Part shown: positions 1-13,703 of the stretch, in pieces
Position numbering within the stretch: position 1 is the stretch's first letter
Layout: each line of letters starts with the position of its first letter
From: Botryllus schlosseri
Taxonomy: Eukaryota
DNA length: 64,000 nucleotides
Assembly: GCA_051294905.1 (NCBI GenBank)
Contig: CM119376.1
Coordinates: forward strand, 23,746,001-23,810,000
Direction: 5' to 3'
Made by a program: the position numbers and the translations under genes
Notes under the pieces: model-generated
The model's input: the letters and a program-made list of their open reading frames with translations, nothing else
Told to the model about the DNA's origin: nothing
The model's database searches: none

Positions 1-3000
1 AAACGAGGAATGTCAATCGCTGTGGCAATGGATGCGGGACGAGGTCTGTGCGCCTTCCGACAATTGTTTTGCCAGTTACGTTCTGGCTCTGGTGGCGAGA
101 GGCGTAGCGATTGCGCGCAATGCTGAGGAAAATAAGGAAGAGGTACTTTGCTGTTTGTATTTTGAGTGTTTTCAGAGTTCGTTAAAACTGTGTGTGTTAC
201 TCGACTGTAAGTCGCAGGTGATTAAAGTATTCAGTGTTATAGTTGCTACTCGAGCGGTTTGTGGTGCAAATGGTGTGAATTTCTAGTACATTACAAGTAG
301 AAGTAGCAATTACCGAGACATGTGAAGACTATTTCCCGCGGTAGTTAAAAATGAAAGTCCTCTGTAGCACTCAAGCAATCAGCTTAAAATAGTAGATTAG
401 GTCAGGTGTTCACATACTTTTAGTGGTTAATTGGAGGTTGTCACTTTCGGAATTGCAAGTTGTGTCTTCGCGACAAACGCAAAGTGACTAATGACGCAAC
501 GAATTGGTGAAATCTTTGAAAATATACTCAGTTCTTATGATGAAGGGGCTTACGACAGTTTCACTCATAAAAGGGACAAACACTGATCACAAAACTACTT
601 TTTAAAAGCCAAAAGTGTAAAAACCAAGTAGTTTTACGGTTGCCTTGAAACTGTTCAAGTAGTCTGTAAACATAACCAAAGGAATAAGGTAAAACCTACT
701 TGAGTAATCTGAAAACGTAACACTACTTTGTTACTCACCATCTCTGGTGTAATACAAGTAATGCTGCCCGAAACAGATCGAAAGTGCCTAGTGCCAAGCT
801 TGAAAAGGAACCTTTGTATGATTACTCTACCGCGAAGCTTCATAGTGTAAATCGACGCTAGGCTTGCGCAACATGTATCTGCCTACATACGCATCTGATC
901 TGGAATCTGAAATTCTCCGTTCAGCTCTGGTCTAGAGCTCTAATTGCGAATTTATCTCAACAAATTCCACGGCTTTCACAGGAAAGCAGCTCGGATCTGG
1001 AAGGTTGGGAGAAGATGAACGTAGATGAAAAAGAACACACCAGTCCCCCGTCGTATCGGGACTCGTGCGGCGACAGGAATGCGCGCCGTAAATCAGGTTT
1101 GACTCCACCGTTTTAGGGTTTTGGCATCGTTGTATGGTATTTGAGTGTACGACGCAATGAAGGTGACAATTGAGAATGTGATTTCGCATCCCTAAATCTA
1201 ACCCAAACCTCACCCTCTATCTAACGCTAACCCGACTCAAACCATAACTGTAACCCAGATACTTCAGTATCGTATGCTGAATTGCCGCATTCCAGTATGT
1301 CGCATTATCATAGTATGTCCACGGACCTCATCCACTACCTCAAGGCTGACTTGAATATTATTTGAAGCAGAATTTGCCCAACTTCACCTGTCACGGTGTA
1401 GCCATCGAAACTGTTGCGCTTGAGGTGGTCAGTAGTGAAGTAATTCTACTTTTCTAACGTACCTACCTACCTATCTGCTTGATGCTCAAGCGGTTATATT
1501 TTTTAACTACTTCCTCGGCTAATCGGACATTTTTTGGCAAAACTAATCTCTTTTCATATTCTTTCTAACAGTAAAGTTGTTTTGGGATAAGTTTGCGTCG
1601 TTTTTATCGTGATTTTGTGTGAAAATTCATCTTGCAATTCCGAAAGTAGTTGCCGCCGATTAACTGCTGAAAGAAAGTGAACCCTGGACCGATTCTACTG
1701 TTTTAAATTACTTGCTTTTCAGCCCTCAACGTTTTCTACTTCCGCTTGAAGGAGTTTTGAAATATCTCGGGAATTGCTAGTTCTGTGTGTGCTCGAGCAG
1801 CAATGCTGACTAATTTAACCATCTCTGATCACAGGCGACTGGGAAACCTTGTGGATCGATGTGGAAAAATGGAATTTGCTCGTTTCGCAAATTCAGGACT
1901 GCATTCTCATCAACGCCGCTATTTCTTTGGGACACGCTGCTGCATCAAAGGCGTCATCCGAAAAAGAAGAAAAAAGCGTCACGCCGTTAAACGAACAATA
2001 CAAAGAGTCCGTCAGTGTCAGGGACTTATTGTCCAATGGACCAGGTACATGAGATCGGTGATTTTAACTTTGGCTGTTTTAGTAGAGATGTCGGTACTAG
2101 TCAACTCTGGCTGATGACATCATCACTCCTACCTACGATTGAGAGAGCTGTCAGCAGGAGTGGTCAGTAACGAAGTACTTCTGTTTTTTTGGAGTACTTG
2201 AGTAGGTTTCGCCTACTTGCTCGATTGGTTATGATTTGAGACTACTTTTACTTCTACTCAATAGTGTAAAGCTTTTCCGCAAAACTAGGCCTATTATATC
2301 TCCTTTTGTACTTGAATTTTTACTTCTGCTTATAATTGACTAGAAATGTAGAACGTTACTTACACTCGAGTACAAACTACGACCGCTTTAACCCACTCTG
2401 ATCGTCAGTATTGCGAGATAGATCTACGAGGACCACAATTCAATTCTTGGTAAAAATGTTAAAAACTTGTAGAGCTTCTTGGAGGTACAGAACTTGAATA
2501 TACAATTGAACAGTATATTCATATTGAAATGAACCCAAATATTTTTGGCTGACACTCGTCAGGGATAATCGTCAGCAACTAGCAGAATATTGGAAAGAAC
2601 ATTGTATATCAACAATCGTATCACAAAATATGACGTCACCAGCATGAAATTTCCAACTAGAGACCGTTCAATGTACTATTTTTAAGTGGTACACAAACTT
2701 GACAGAGTTTTGGTTGGTCGACTCCAAGGCACACAAATGGAAGTGTGAACGGCCCCTCCCGACGACGCGAAATCTGTCGTCTCGATAATTATTCGCACAA
2801 ATCGGATTATCCAACAGATATTTGCAGATGGCAGAATTTATGGCCTTTGATCGCTCGGCATCAAGCTTGAGCGGATGAGTCAAGGGTGAGCTTTTCACCG
2901 AGCGGGATGCACGTGTTCTGATAAATCTGGGGAATTTTGTGATACGATTGTTGATATACAATGTTCCTACCAATTCTCCACTAGTTGCTGACGTTTACCC

Positions 3001-6000
3001 CTGGCGAGTGTCAGCCGAAAATATTCAGGTTCATTTCAATATGAATATACCATTCAATTGAAAAACTTGTGTATCCCAAATTGCAAGTACGGCTGTCGGA
3101 TTTGAAGTACCAGTTTCTTACTCATCTGGAGTTCTATTGTAAATGAATGAAGTTGATTCGATTTATATTTTTTTAATTTACGGTCGCTGATTCGAAATTC
3201 TAGTCGAAACACTTCCCATTTTGATATCGAGTTTATCGGTTAACATACTTCATATTGGTATCAGCTACAAGTTTTCATACCGATTGTACTATTTTTGCAA
3301 CTATCCGTGTTTCAGGTTACATGGCAGAGGTCGTGTCGCATTCTTTGTGCCAATTGAATATTCCTGCATCGTGCGTTGAGAAAGAGAACGACGAAGGAGC
3401 GTCCAAACACTCGCAGTTATCGGAATCTCAGCAGCAATTTGTGGGTGAGATTTCAATTTATGATATTTTGGGTCAATCCCCTAATGTTTGCGACCTGATC
3501 AACTTGTGGTCCATGGGGAACACTGATTTTTTTCTTCGGGATATGTACAATAGGGCTGTTCAAAAATAAACTTTTTCTTCAGATTTCACTGGCTACTTGA
3601 TAAAATTGTTAGGTTGGTGAAAACAATGCTGCACACCAACTTTGGCTCAATTCCAACCAGTAGAAGCGATATTCTTGCAGTAGAAAGTTTTGAATTTATT
3701 TATCATTAAAAAACAAAAGAACAAATTTTCAAAATTTTTCTGTCAACCCCATAAAATTGTTAGGCTGTCAGCAAAGATGATGCACACCAAATTTGGCTCA
3801 ATTCCAACCACTAGTAGCGAAGTTATTGCAGTATAAAAATTTCCAATTCCATGATTTTATAATAAATAATTAAAGAGTTAGTCACCGTAAATGCTATTTT
3901 ATTCAAATCCAAATTTGTATACTGCAATAACTCCGCTTCTAGTGGTTGGAATTGAGCCAAATTTGGTGTGCATCATCTCTACTGACAGCCTAACAATTTC
4001 ATGGGGTTGACAGAAAAAATTTTAAAATTCATTTTTTTGTTTCTTAATGATAAATTCAAAACTTTCTACTGCAAGAAAATCGATTCTACTGGTTGGAATT
4101 GAGCCAAAGTTGGTGAGCAGCGTTGTTTTCACCAACCTAACAATTTTATCAAGTAGCCAGTGAAATCTGAAGAAAAAGTTTTTTTTGAACAGCCCTGCTG
4201 TACAATCTGCCAGTTGATGGATATCCTTTTCTTTTCACGCCCTCTCCCTGGTTTTGAGATATTGCTCCATGTGCTCGAAAGACGAGTAATTTTATGGGTA
4301 ACATAGGCCTGTAGGCCTACCTGTAATTTCAATGTTAAAATTTTTGAATTTTCGAATTTAAGTCCACAATGGTCTCTGGTCCGGTTCTATACTATTACCG
4401 AGAAAACCATTACCGAGAATGGACATTACCGAGAATGATCATTACCGAGAATGGACATTACCGAGAATGGACAACGTCAAGAATATAGTTTACTGGGACT
4501 GACGAAGTCGAGAAATTTATACCTGAGCATCGATACCGAATGTGGCAACGCCGTGGTGCACACACACACACTTGTTCATAGTGTTCATGTGCATAACATG
4601 CCTGCATTGCATATATTGCATTCTCGGTAATGTCCATTCTCGGTGGTGTCGATTCTCGGTAATGTCCATTCTCTGTGGTGTCCATTCTCGGTAATGTCCA
4701 TTCTCGGTGGTGTCCATTCTCGGTAAAGGCATTCTCGGTAATGGTTTTCTCGGTATTGACCGGACACCCTCTGGTCCTGCTTCTTATCCGATGTACCGGT
4801 ATTGTTAGATACGATCACGTCACTTTGATTATTTGAAATTTCTTGCCGGTGACGTTGTATTTTGTGATACGTTTGTTGATATACAATGTTCTCTCCAATT
4901 CTCTATTATTTGGTGACGATTACCCCTGATGAGTGTCAGCCGAAAATGTTCGAGCTTATTTCAATATGAACACACTATTCAATTGATTATATTATTAATT
5001 GAAAAATAATTAGTGTTCCCTATAGATTCGACCTAAACTAACCCGAAAACAAAAACGCTCATCGATGAATTTTTCTACTCTCTACATTGTAGGTTTCTTG
5101 CACAATGTGCTGTTCTCCAAATTTCCGTACTCGTTAGCACCGGACTGTTTGCATGCTCACAGCTTTTGGGAGCTCGTGGTGGAATGGAACAGAGACCCGA
5201 TGGTGACTTGACTATCTGCGAATACAAATTTACAAATATCAGTGATCTTAATTTTGTTTTAGATGATTTCACACCTCAAGCGTGGCATTGAACATTTGAA
5301 ACTAATCCACGGGGACACGCATGCCAGACACGGGCTTGCTTTGATGTCGTGGAAAACGTTTGTTGCGAAAAGATACGCGGCTCTTTTGAAACTGGTGGAA
5401 AAAGTGGGGAAGGCACCCAAAGACAGGCTTTGTAGAAAGGTACAGCTTTTCGGCGACTAAACATCACTAGCATTAGATTATATCCTATAGTATTTCACAT
5501 TGAGTATACCCAGGGTTGTAACCAAGTCACAAGGTCCTAAATCACAAGTCAATTCTACTCTTATGGTTTTGACCTCATGTCAAGTCGAGTCATTTTCAAT
5601 TCGGTACCGAGTCGAATCTGAGTCTAAGTCAGGGTTAAAAGGTTCGAGTCTGGAGTCAATGTTGAGACTCGAGTCCAAGGCCAAGTCATTGTGTTCACTG
5701 TTCATTTCAGAGTTCAATCCTGTTCCAAGTTTTTTTTTACAACCATATTTGGGTGATGTTATATGCTTCGCATTCATAATAGAATTGAATAGTATATTCA
5801 TATTGAAATGAACCCGAATATTTTCGGCTGACACTCGTCAGGGGTAATCGTCAGCAACTAGTAGAGAATTGGAAAGAACATTGTATATCAACAATCGTAT
5901 CACAAAATATGACGTCACCAGCATGAAATTTCGTGAATGAGAGAGCGTTCAATGTACTATTTTTAGGTGGTACACGAACTCCTTTTGTTGACAGAGTTTT

Positions 6001-9000
6001 GGTTGGTGTATTTTGATAAAAGTCGACTCCAAGGCACCCAAATGGAATTGTGAACGGCCTCGCCCAACGATTCGAAATCGGTCGTCTCGTCTCGTTCACA
6101 ATTCCATTTGGGTGCCTTGGAGTCGACTTTTATCAAAATACACCAACCAAAACTCTGTCAACAAAAGGAGTTCGTGTACCACCTAAAAATAGTACATTGA
6201 ACGCTCTCTCTTTCATGCTGGTGACGTCATATTTTGTGATACGATTGTTGATATACAATGTTCTTTCCAATTCTCTACTAGTTGCTGACGATTACCCCTG
6301 ACGAGTGTCAGCCGAAAATATTCGGGTTCATTTCAATATGAATATACTATTCAATTGTATATTGAAGTTCTGTACCTCCAAGAAGCTATTCATAATAGAG
6401 TAATTTTCCTCACTTTACACAGCATCTGGCCCTCTATTACCAGCACGAGTACTGATAGACGATACACCAAACATGTGGCAGCTAACTATTCAAAGTTACA
6501 GCGAAATGCCTGTCTGGGCCGTCCGGGTCTCGAGTCATGTGACTTGGTCGACTCGATGCATAAATTGTCTCAATTTGAGTCGAATCACCAAAAATCGTGA
6601 CTCGAGTCATTACAACCTTGAGTATACCCCGTGAGCAGTATTCTCAGCGACTCATATCTTCTTGGTAGTTAAGATAGAAATGGTATGGAACCAAATTTAG
6701 CGAGGTCTCTAACATGCAGCAATGCATGCAATATATGTGATTGGTTGGAGATTGACTCGGGATCGGAATATTTGTTGCGACTTGAAATGACTTCTCTCCT
6801 ACTTTACGTAAATAGTATTTTGAGTACGATCAATTACTATTTTGTCCACCGCATTTCATAAAAACGTGTTATCAGACACAGTCAAAGTAAACCGTGGGGG
6901 TACTCGAGTAAAAGTAGCAGTAAATCCGTAGATATATACTCAATTACAAGCAGCAGTGGCAATTTCTGAGAGGTTAAAACTACTTCAGTAGCAGTAGAAA
7001 GTGGAACGTCTTAAAAGTACCCAGCAGTTAGTTTTAAGCGATAGATTTGATCGAAGGGTCGCATACTGGAGCAGTTAATCGGATATGGCTAATTTAAAAA
7101 TTGCAAGATGTATCTTTTACTAACGCAAAATGAATAGTGTGTAGAATCTTTGAAAATACATTCAGTCACTGTGGTACAGGGGCTGTTGCGCGTGGTTCTT
7201 ATGACAATTTCTCTGATAAAAGTGATGCAATCTTATCGTAAAACTGATCGTGAAAGTGAAAGTGTGAAATATTGTTTGTTTTGCCTAAAAGCTGTGTAAT
7301 TAGAAGTAGAAGTACTTTGTTACTGACCAACTCTGCAGATTATGCATCCAATCACTAATACCGCCCTTAAAACGCACAGTATGTCCAGTCAATGTGCAAT
7401 ACACGTTCAACGCGCCCGTGTTATCGCAGGAAGTGAGCATCAGCGACGCGCTCATGCCGCAATTCTGCCAAGCCTGCACGGACCTGCTGCAAGTGATGGC
7501 GGATTCCGAGCCTGTTCTACAAAACACGCGCGTCAAGCAAGTCACGCCAATGGCGGCGGAAGACTGCTGGTCGAATGTCGAAGGGAAGCGCTCCATCATG
7601 GACATCGCGAGAGGCCACGCGTGCGCTAACGTCGACCTCATACAACAGCACATGCACGCAACCTTGTAAGTTTTCATAACAAAATTTACTCGCGCCAGTG
7701 GCGAAGACAGGGGGGTAGTAACAGAGAATCTTCTACCCCCTTTCCAAGCTCGACTCTACCCCCTTTAAAAAACCTGATTGTTCTCTGGGAGAGACTAATC
7801 TGCTTATCCCTTATTCTGAATCAGACTGAATGCATTCGCATATTGTTCAGATTGTTTTTCTTCACTGTTACTTACACTTACAGTGTTTCAACGACCTAAA
7901 TCTTTATAATTAACGACACATCATACTAGGTTTTGCCTCCACATTCAGTTATCAATAGCGCACCGAAATTTGTTTGCGATTCCCTTCCCCCACTGTTTGA
8001 GTAAGTCATCATTCACATATCTGTACTGAATAGAATAAAATCTATCTAAATTCATATTTGAATATACCCTAACTGGCATATGTTTGTGCGTATAGAGACG
8101 TTGAGCAAGATGATCTGATCCTTGTTGCATTGGCATTTTTACATAAATTTGAACCGATTAATCTATTAGCACTTGGAACATTGTCTGTTTTCTACATTTT
8201 CCTCTTCCCACTATGTTTTTCGACTTCTTCCACTTTTGATCTACTCTATTCTTTGGGCAAAAAACTTAACCCTTGAATTTAGTAAAGCAGAAAGTAGTTT
8301 TGGGGTACTCTTTTTTTGCTTTCATGAGTGAAATTGTCACAGTAGCTGCATGGAATAGCCCTTTTATCGCGGGAACTGAATGCTTTTTCGTAGATGGTAA
8401 CGGTTATAGTGTCATTAGTCGTTTTGCACTACTCGTGAAGATACAGCTTGCAATTTAGAAAGTGACCGCTCCCAACAAACCGCTAAAAGTATGCGACCCG
8501 TCTACCATATCTACTTTTTGACACTAGACTAGGGTTGCCATACGTCCGGAATTTCCCGGACATGTCCGGAATTTCACTGTTCGAACTTGCGTCCGAGAGG
8601 AATTTCTAAAATATGCCCAAATGTCCGGAATTTTGCAGGCTGACGTAGGCTCATAATTTTTTCGTGAATCAACATAATAACATTAGTTTTGGGAATATTT
8701 ATGCTACATAATATTTTTCTTCGCGCTGCACGCGATTTACTATCAGATTTATTAATTTTGTTATTGGGACAGCCACGTACCACCCTCGCAAAAACTGCAA
8801 TAAAATATAGATAAAAATAACCTTCATTTACTGAAATAAGCCTAATTGTAATTGCAATTATAGGAGAGCGGTATATTCCCAGCGATGGTTATAAGGCCGT
8901 TTAAATTCTTTATTCAAAGATAGTGGTTCCAAACGTGGCGGTCGTTTGCCTTTATTCTGGGGTTCGCGAAGATGCTGAACGTAATCAGCATCCAAAATAG

Positions 9001-12000
9001 CCCGTGAGTAAGTCAGGGCAAAGGTGTTGACTTCTTTTAGTAATCAGCTCGTCAAATTTTGATCTGGGCCACGGAACATTTCAAATTGGAGATGGAGTCG
9101 CGACCATAAAAGGTTTTGAACCAGAAACCACTGGTTGCGGGGTGCTTATAAAGCTCCATGGTGCGCACCGGCATAAGGCTGATAAACAATCTTATCGGTC
9201 CGACATGAACATAACTTAACGATGTACAATTACGCTCCTTGTATTTTTGAAGTCATTATCCTCCACAAGCTCTACCGCTAACTCTGATCATGAGGGCGGA
9301 GAAAGGAACAAACTAGTGATATGGAAGAACGAATATTAATTAGAAAATTCATTAAAAATATTTAACGACCAGATGCAAATAGAAACCAGATGCATATAGC
9401 AAGCTCCCCCACCAGAAATTGCATCGATAACCCTATGGTGGCCCAAAATCATTGTTTAGGGCGGGAAGAGGCTGAAAAAATGTGGTTTCGGTCCCGGTTA
9501 CACAACACACAGTCACATACTCCTGAACCTCTGGTCCATAAGCGAAGTTTTGCTGGTGTGACGTCATATTGAAAGACAATGTGCTCATAACTCATTTTGA
9601 AATCCACTAGTGGGCGCTAAAGAATGTCCGGAATTTAGGTCACAGAAATATGGTAACCCTACACTAGACCTACTTTTCGTTTGAGACCTTTTGAGACTTG
9701 AGAAAATAGTTTTGACTTTCTCGGAAATCGACATTTCTACTATTAATTCAGTATGAATTTACATCGTTACTTCTCGAGTACTAATTTGACCACCTGTGCT
9801 TAGCCGGCGCCGGATGAGTTGATTACGCCTGTGGATTTGATTGCAATATCCCGCCTACACTGATTCGTGTTTTCAGTTTTCATTTCCCACACCCACACCG
9901 GCTGCTTCCTGTTGAGATTTTGCATGTAAATGTTGATCGCGCGTCAACAGCACTATCCTGCGCCCACTATCCTGAAATCTTTCCTTGTTCCAACGTGCTA
10001 TTTAAACATACGCCGATGACGTCACCGTTCCGGCATTTTCATGCTTACAGCATCCTGCACGCCACGATGGAGTTTCTGATTCGAGGCGTTAAACCGCTGT
10101 CGGCGCTTTTCGACCAGAAAAGCAGATCTTGCCTCGCTCTGGATCTCACTACCAAGGACCCTGCGTTACCTGATACGAATGCGACGCCCGCTGAAGTGAT
10201 CAAGACCCGACATCAGGTGATTAACCTTTTCTTCGTGAAGACTTTTCAGTTTTAAAGACATGTAATGAGGCTTGGTGAAAGAAGTCAGGGTTTATGCTCT
10301 AATAGAAGTAAAATTAACGCTGTACATTCTACTACTCAATTGCAAGTAGTAGTGGCAATTCTCAAGACGTGCCAAACTGCTTCAAGTGGAAGCAGAAAAT
10401 GAGAAGTTTTGAAAAGTACTTTTGGCAGTTGATCGGTGGTTTCTACTTTAAAATTGCAAGATCATCTTCGTGACTAACACAGAATCACTGTTGTCGCTAA
10501 AATCAGGTACAATCTTCATCAGCAGTTACCGTGATTAGCTATTTCACACGGTTCTTATGATGGAAACTAATCTCGAAACGTTTCAAAATCACAAGTGTAA
10601 AAAGGGCGTAGCCGTGTCTAAAAACTGGTCAAGTAAAAGTCTAAAAAGTCGAAAGTATGTATTGCAAGTTGGCAAAACTTACTTGAGTACTTTAAAAAAG
10701 TAGATCTGCATTGTCACTGACCACGTCTGCCCGCAACGATATCTCACGTCGGGGCGTTTCTATATTACAGCAAGTTAATATGATGTGTATCACGAGCCTA
10801 GGTGGTAACGAAGGGCTTCCACATTTTCTGAGTCCGAGTAGGTTTCAACTGCTTTCGTTACTTACCCGAGCGGTTATGTTTCCAGACTGCATCCACTTAT
10901 GCTTGACAGCATGTGAAGCACTAGCTTTTGACGCCCTGAACTTTGTAAAGTTGAGAGTAGTTTTTTGATGGGTTTGCGTCGCTGTTACCGGCAAGATTGC
11001 CATAACATACGTGCTGCAATTGATACTGTGTAGCGACGATTGAATATGTTCACGTCAATCACACCAGTTTGTAGTGTGCACTTTAAAAACTACTTGAGTA
11101 CTTTTCAGATACTCTCTACTTGACTTCAGCACTTTCACTGTCTGCAACGTGAAGTAGTTTTGACACGTCATCCTTTACTTCCGCGTGCAATCGAGTAGAA
11201 CTTGACCGCATTAGTTCTACTTGAGTAACATCGCGGACTGTGCCAACCATCTACGATTACAATTCTATTCGCGGCTCTAAATTCCGTTTTAATCGCACAC
11301 CTACAATTGTCCGCTCTGTCTACGTTATGTCGTTTTGCCAAATTTCAACTGTTATGCTAATCTCACCTTTTCTCTGCGCAGTTCCTCCGAAAAGTTGCTT
11401 CAGGCGCAGTACAAAAACTCGCGGCAGCCGTCAATGGCGAGGAAACCCCGATCATGTCCCGCAAAGAGGTCAAAAACGAAATGGAAAGCTGGCTGGAAAC
11501 TGTGAATCACGTGGCATACGAGTTTCAAGTGGAGGAGCATAAGGTTGGGATATTTATTTTGCGATAATACCGCTGCCTGGTCCAACTGTCCTAAATGGAG
11601 AATTTAGCCACGGCACGATAATTTGACGGTGGTTATGCTGAGCAGGAAGTCGTGATATTGACTCGTTATGCTGAGAAAAATTGCAATCTCGTTTTTGAGC
11701 AATACCTATGCCATGATCTACCAGCACCAACACATTAAGCGTGTGGCTGGGTTATAAAAATATATCTGTAACCACGTTTTTATTAACTAGACTAGTAACA
11801 AGAGCTCAAATATTTTAAATTCCTCTTCATTTCGACAGATCAAACTGTACGTTGCGGAAGAAATGTTTAGGAACGGCGTTGACAGTCTCGGTTTGGAGGT
11901 AATTACAACTTTTTAACCCAAGTTTCCAGATGCAATGTTTTCTTTATTTAAAATGCTACTGAAAACTATAAAACCGCAAGTCACAGTTTATCGGTTGGTC

Positions 12001-12643
12001 ACCTGTTTCATCATTTTCAGATCTGCGCCACCATAACGGACAAAGATGTACTGGCGACTTCCCTGGTTCTCATCATCGGCCAGAGAATATCTTACATTTT
12101 GCTGCGATCCAGCGCGGAGGAGAGTCTGCAAATGATGACGTTGATGTCCACAACTGTCAGCACTTGGATCAAGTCTCAGGTAGTTGAAATTTGAAGTAAA
12201 ATTCCATGCTAGCCTTGTGCACGTAGCGTTCTTTGCACATGGAAGCGTTTATAACCATTTAGTGATCGGGAGTGATGATCGCGCACCAGGTTGGGTTATC
12301 GTGAATGCTGTGACCCGAATCCGAACGGATATGAAATAGAACCACAGGGTATAGGTGTATCATGTACTTCTATTCAGAGCTGGGGACAGTGTTAAATGAT
12401 GCTATACAAGCAGTAAGCACAAGTGGAATTGAGAAAGAAATAGCAAATCTTCACCAATCGCTCTCGTTAACACGTTTTTATTGTGGTACTCAGGACTGTG
12501 GCGCTCTCAAACGACCCGACGTTCCGATTAAAGACACCGCGGCCCTCGCCGGACACGTTTTGAACATGATGTCGGAGAGGAACTCTTTGCACGGCATCGC
12601 GCAGTCTTTGAAAGGTTTAACTGCAAGCCTGTCTTCGAGATGA
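1..12643 (+). CDS. RAB3GAP2: Rab3 GTPase-activating protein non-catalytic subunit, 3' part (12 exons in window, 5' end upstream of window)
   Basis: Exons <1-142, 982-1096, 1835-2044, 3316-3444, 5093-5202, 5263-5439, 7430-7665, 10051-10216, 11382-11543, 11839-11898, 12021-12179, 12494-12643 (TGA). All are GT-AG and phase-compatible. Peptides match the RAB3GAP2 C-terminal region as I recall it: DWETLWIDVEKWNLLVSQIQDC, FPYSLAPDCLHAHSFWELVVEWNRDP, KLVEKVGKAPKDRLCRKEVSISD, ILHATMEFLIRGVKPLSALFD. Exon 982-1096 is supported by phase only. Confidence 0.93.
2475..3061. mobile_element. MITE with ~130-bp TIR (GTCAGCCGAAAATATTC family); other copies or fragments at ~4840-4985, 5783-6356, ~14025-14110, ~48910-49020
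   Basis: Inverted arms ...GGCTGACACTCGTCAGGG.../...CCCTGGCGAGTGTCAGCCGAAAATATTC... recur across the window. Boundaries approximate. Confidence 0.75.
3551..4197. mobile_element. hAT-type MITE, almost fully palindromic
   Basis: TIR TAGGGCTGTTC.../...GAACAGCCCTG with long internal inverted arms; 8-bp TSD ATGTACAA/CTGTACAA (7/8). Confidence 0.85.
4383..4768. mobile_element. MITE with arrays of 16-bp subterminal repeats and a 9-bp TSD (Mutator/Foldback-like)
   Basis: Left arm (ATTACCGAGAATGGAC)n, right arm (GTCCATTCTCGGTAAT/GGT)n in inverted orientation; perfect TSD CTCTGGTCC at 4374-4382 and 4769-4777. Confidence 0.8.
5511..6620. mobile_element. hAT-type non-autonomous element (GACTCGAGTC-repeat family, CAGGGTTG ends) containing a foldback MITE
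   Basis: Ends CAGGGTTGTAA.../...TTACAACCTTG; perfect 8-bp TSD AGTATACC (5503-5510, 6621-6628). Confidence 0.85.
5783..6356. repeat. Near-perfect long palindrome (arms ~270 bp, 36-nt spacer)
   Basis: Arm 5783-6056 is the reverse complement of 6093-6356 apart from one ~10-bp indel; the ORF track shows identical peptides on opposite strands (5851-6099 - and 6050-6301 +). Confidence 0.9.
8530..9661. mobile_element. hAT-type MITE (TAGGGTTGCCATA family)
   Basis: TIR TAGGGTTGCCATA/TATGGTAACCCTA, subterminal GTCCGGAATTT repeats, perfect 8-bp TSD CACTAGAC. Confidence 0.88.
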
Positions 12644-13703
12644 CTTGGGCTGAGCCAAAGATATTGTTGAATTCGGTATCGCGTTTGATCTGTGCACTGT
12701 AGCTAGGTTGAGTTTGTCCATGGTCGCTGTCACGTGAAAAGCTCAACGGTAATATGTCCCCTGTGTCAAGTATGCTCTCTTGGCGTGCGAACGAAAAGGC
12801 GTGTTATTAGTCTTCATAATGGATTGTGTTATTTTGCCCCTATGGTTGACAAGTGGCATGGAAAGCCAGTGTTCTTTTTTGAAATATAGACTTTAGGGAA
12901 AGATTTCCAGTTTTCGATGTTAGATACCGTCGGTGACCCTGCATCACTAAAATTGTTACTTGAATTGATCATGATCATTGAAAATAGTTAGCTTTCATTG
13001 AACAGTATTGAGTCCGTGACGTATTTTCTAGCCCTGGGCTGGATTGCTGATGTGCTTAAACATGGTTACAGTCAGTGTGAATTGCTGTGAATGACACACC
13101 TTACCAATTCTACCCAATTCTTATGGCCACGTATTCATTTGTTGCAAAATCCGAATCTGGCATTGTTGTGTAAGGGGGACTCTGTAACTGAATTATTTTG
13201 CCGATCGTTGCTAATTTATTTTCATGCGTTAGATTGGATGTATCTACCTTCATTACGGTATTACTTTGTGCAATAATACAGCTTCTAAACTGGTCTGCGA
13301 TTTTGGATGCGTATTTCATTGCATAAGTTGCTAGTGACGTACGTCTCTAGTGGGGGTACAGTGTACAGATTTTATCAGTCCTACCGATGTCACAGATGGC
13401 AACTTAACGAACAGCGTAGACTCCTTTTAGTCGTGGAAAGATTACCCGCAGGTGTAGCGTGAGAACACTACTGTGTTTACGGTTAAATCCAAGATACCGA
13501 TATCACAGCGGAAATCACATTGAGCAACATGTGCAGTAGAAAAGTCCCCTTCGTCAGGGTATTTGCGTGAATGGTCACTTCATCCGTATTAGCTACGTCA
13601 CGAATTCATCCTTGTCATTTTTAAAACAGCTTTGTCCAGTCTATTCCTATGCCCATAGAAGGCTAAATAGTCTGAAATGGTAGGCTGGCGATACTCACTA
13701 GGC

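Noticed and set aside
1195-1260. Telomere-like CTAACC repeats
   Set aside because: Short, degenerate and intronic; similar tract at ~53975-54000, typical of dispersed repeats.
4393-4760. CRISPR-like array of 16-bp repeats
   Set aside because: No unique spacers, the arrays are inverted relative to each other, a TSD is present, and the context is a eukaryotic intron.
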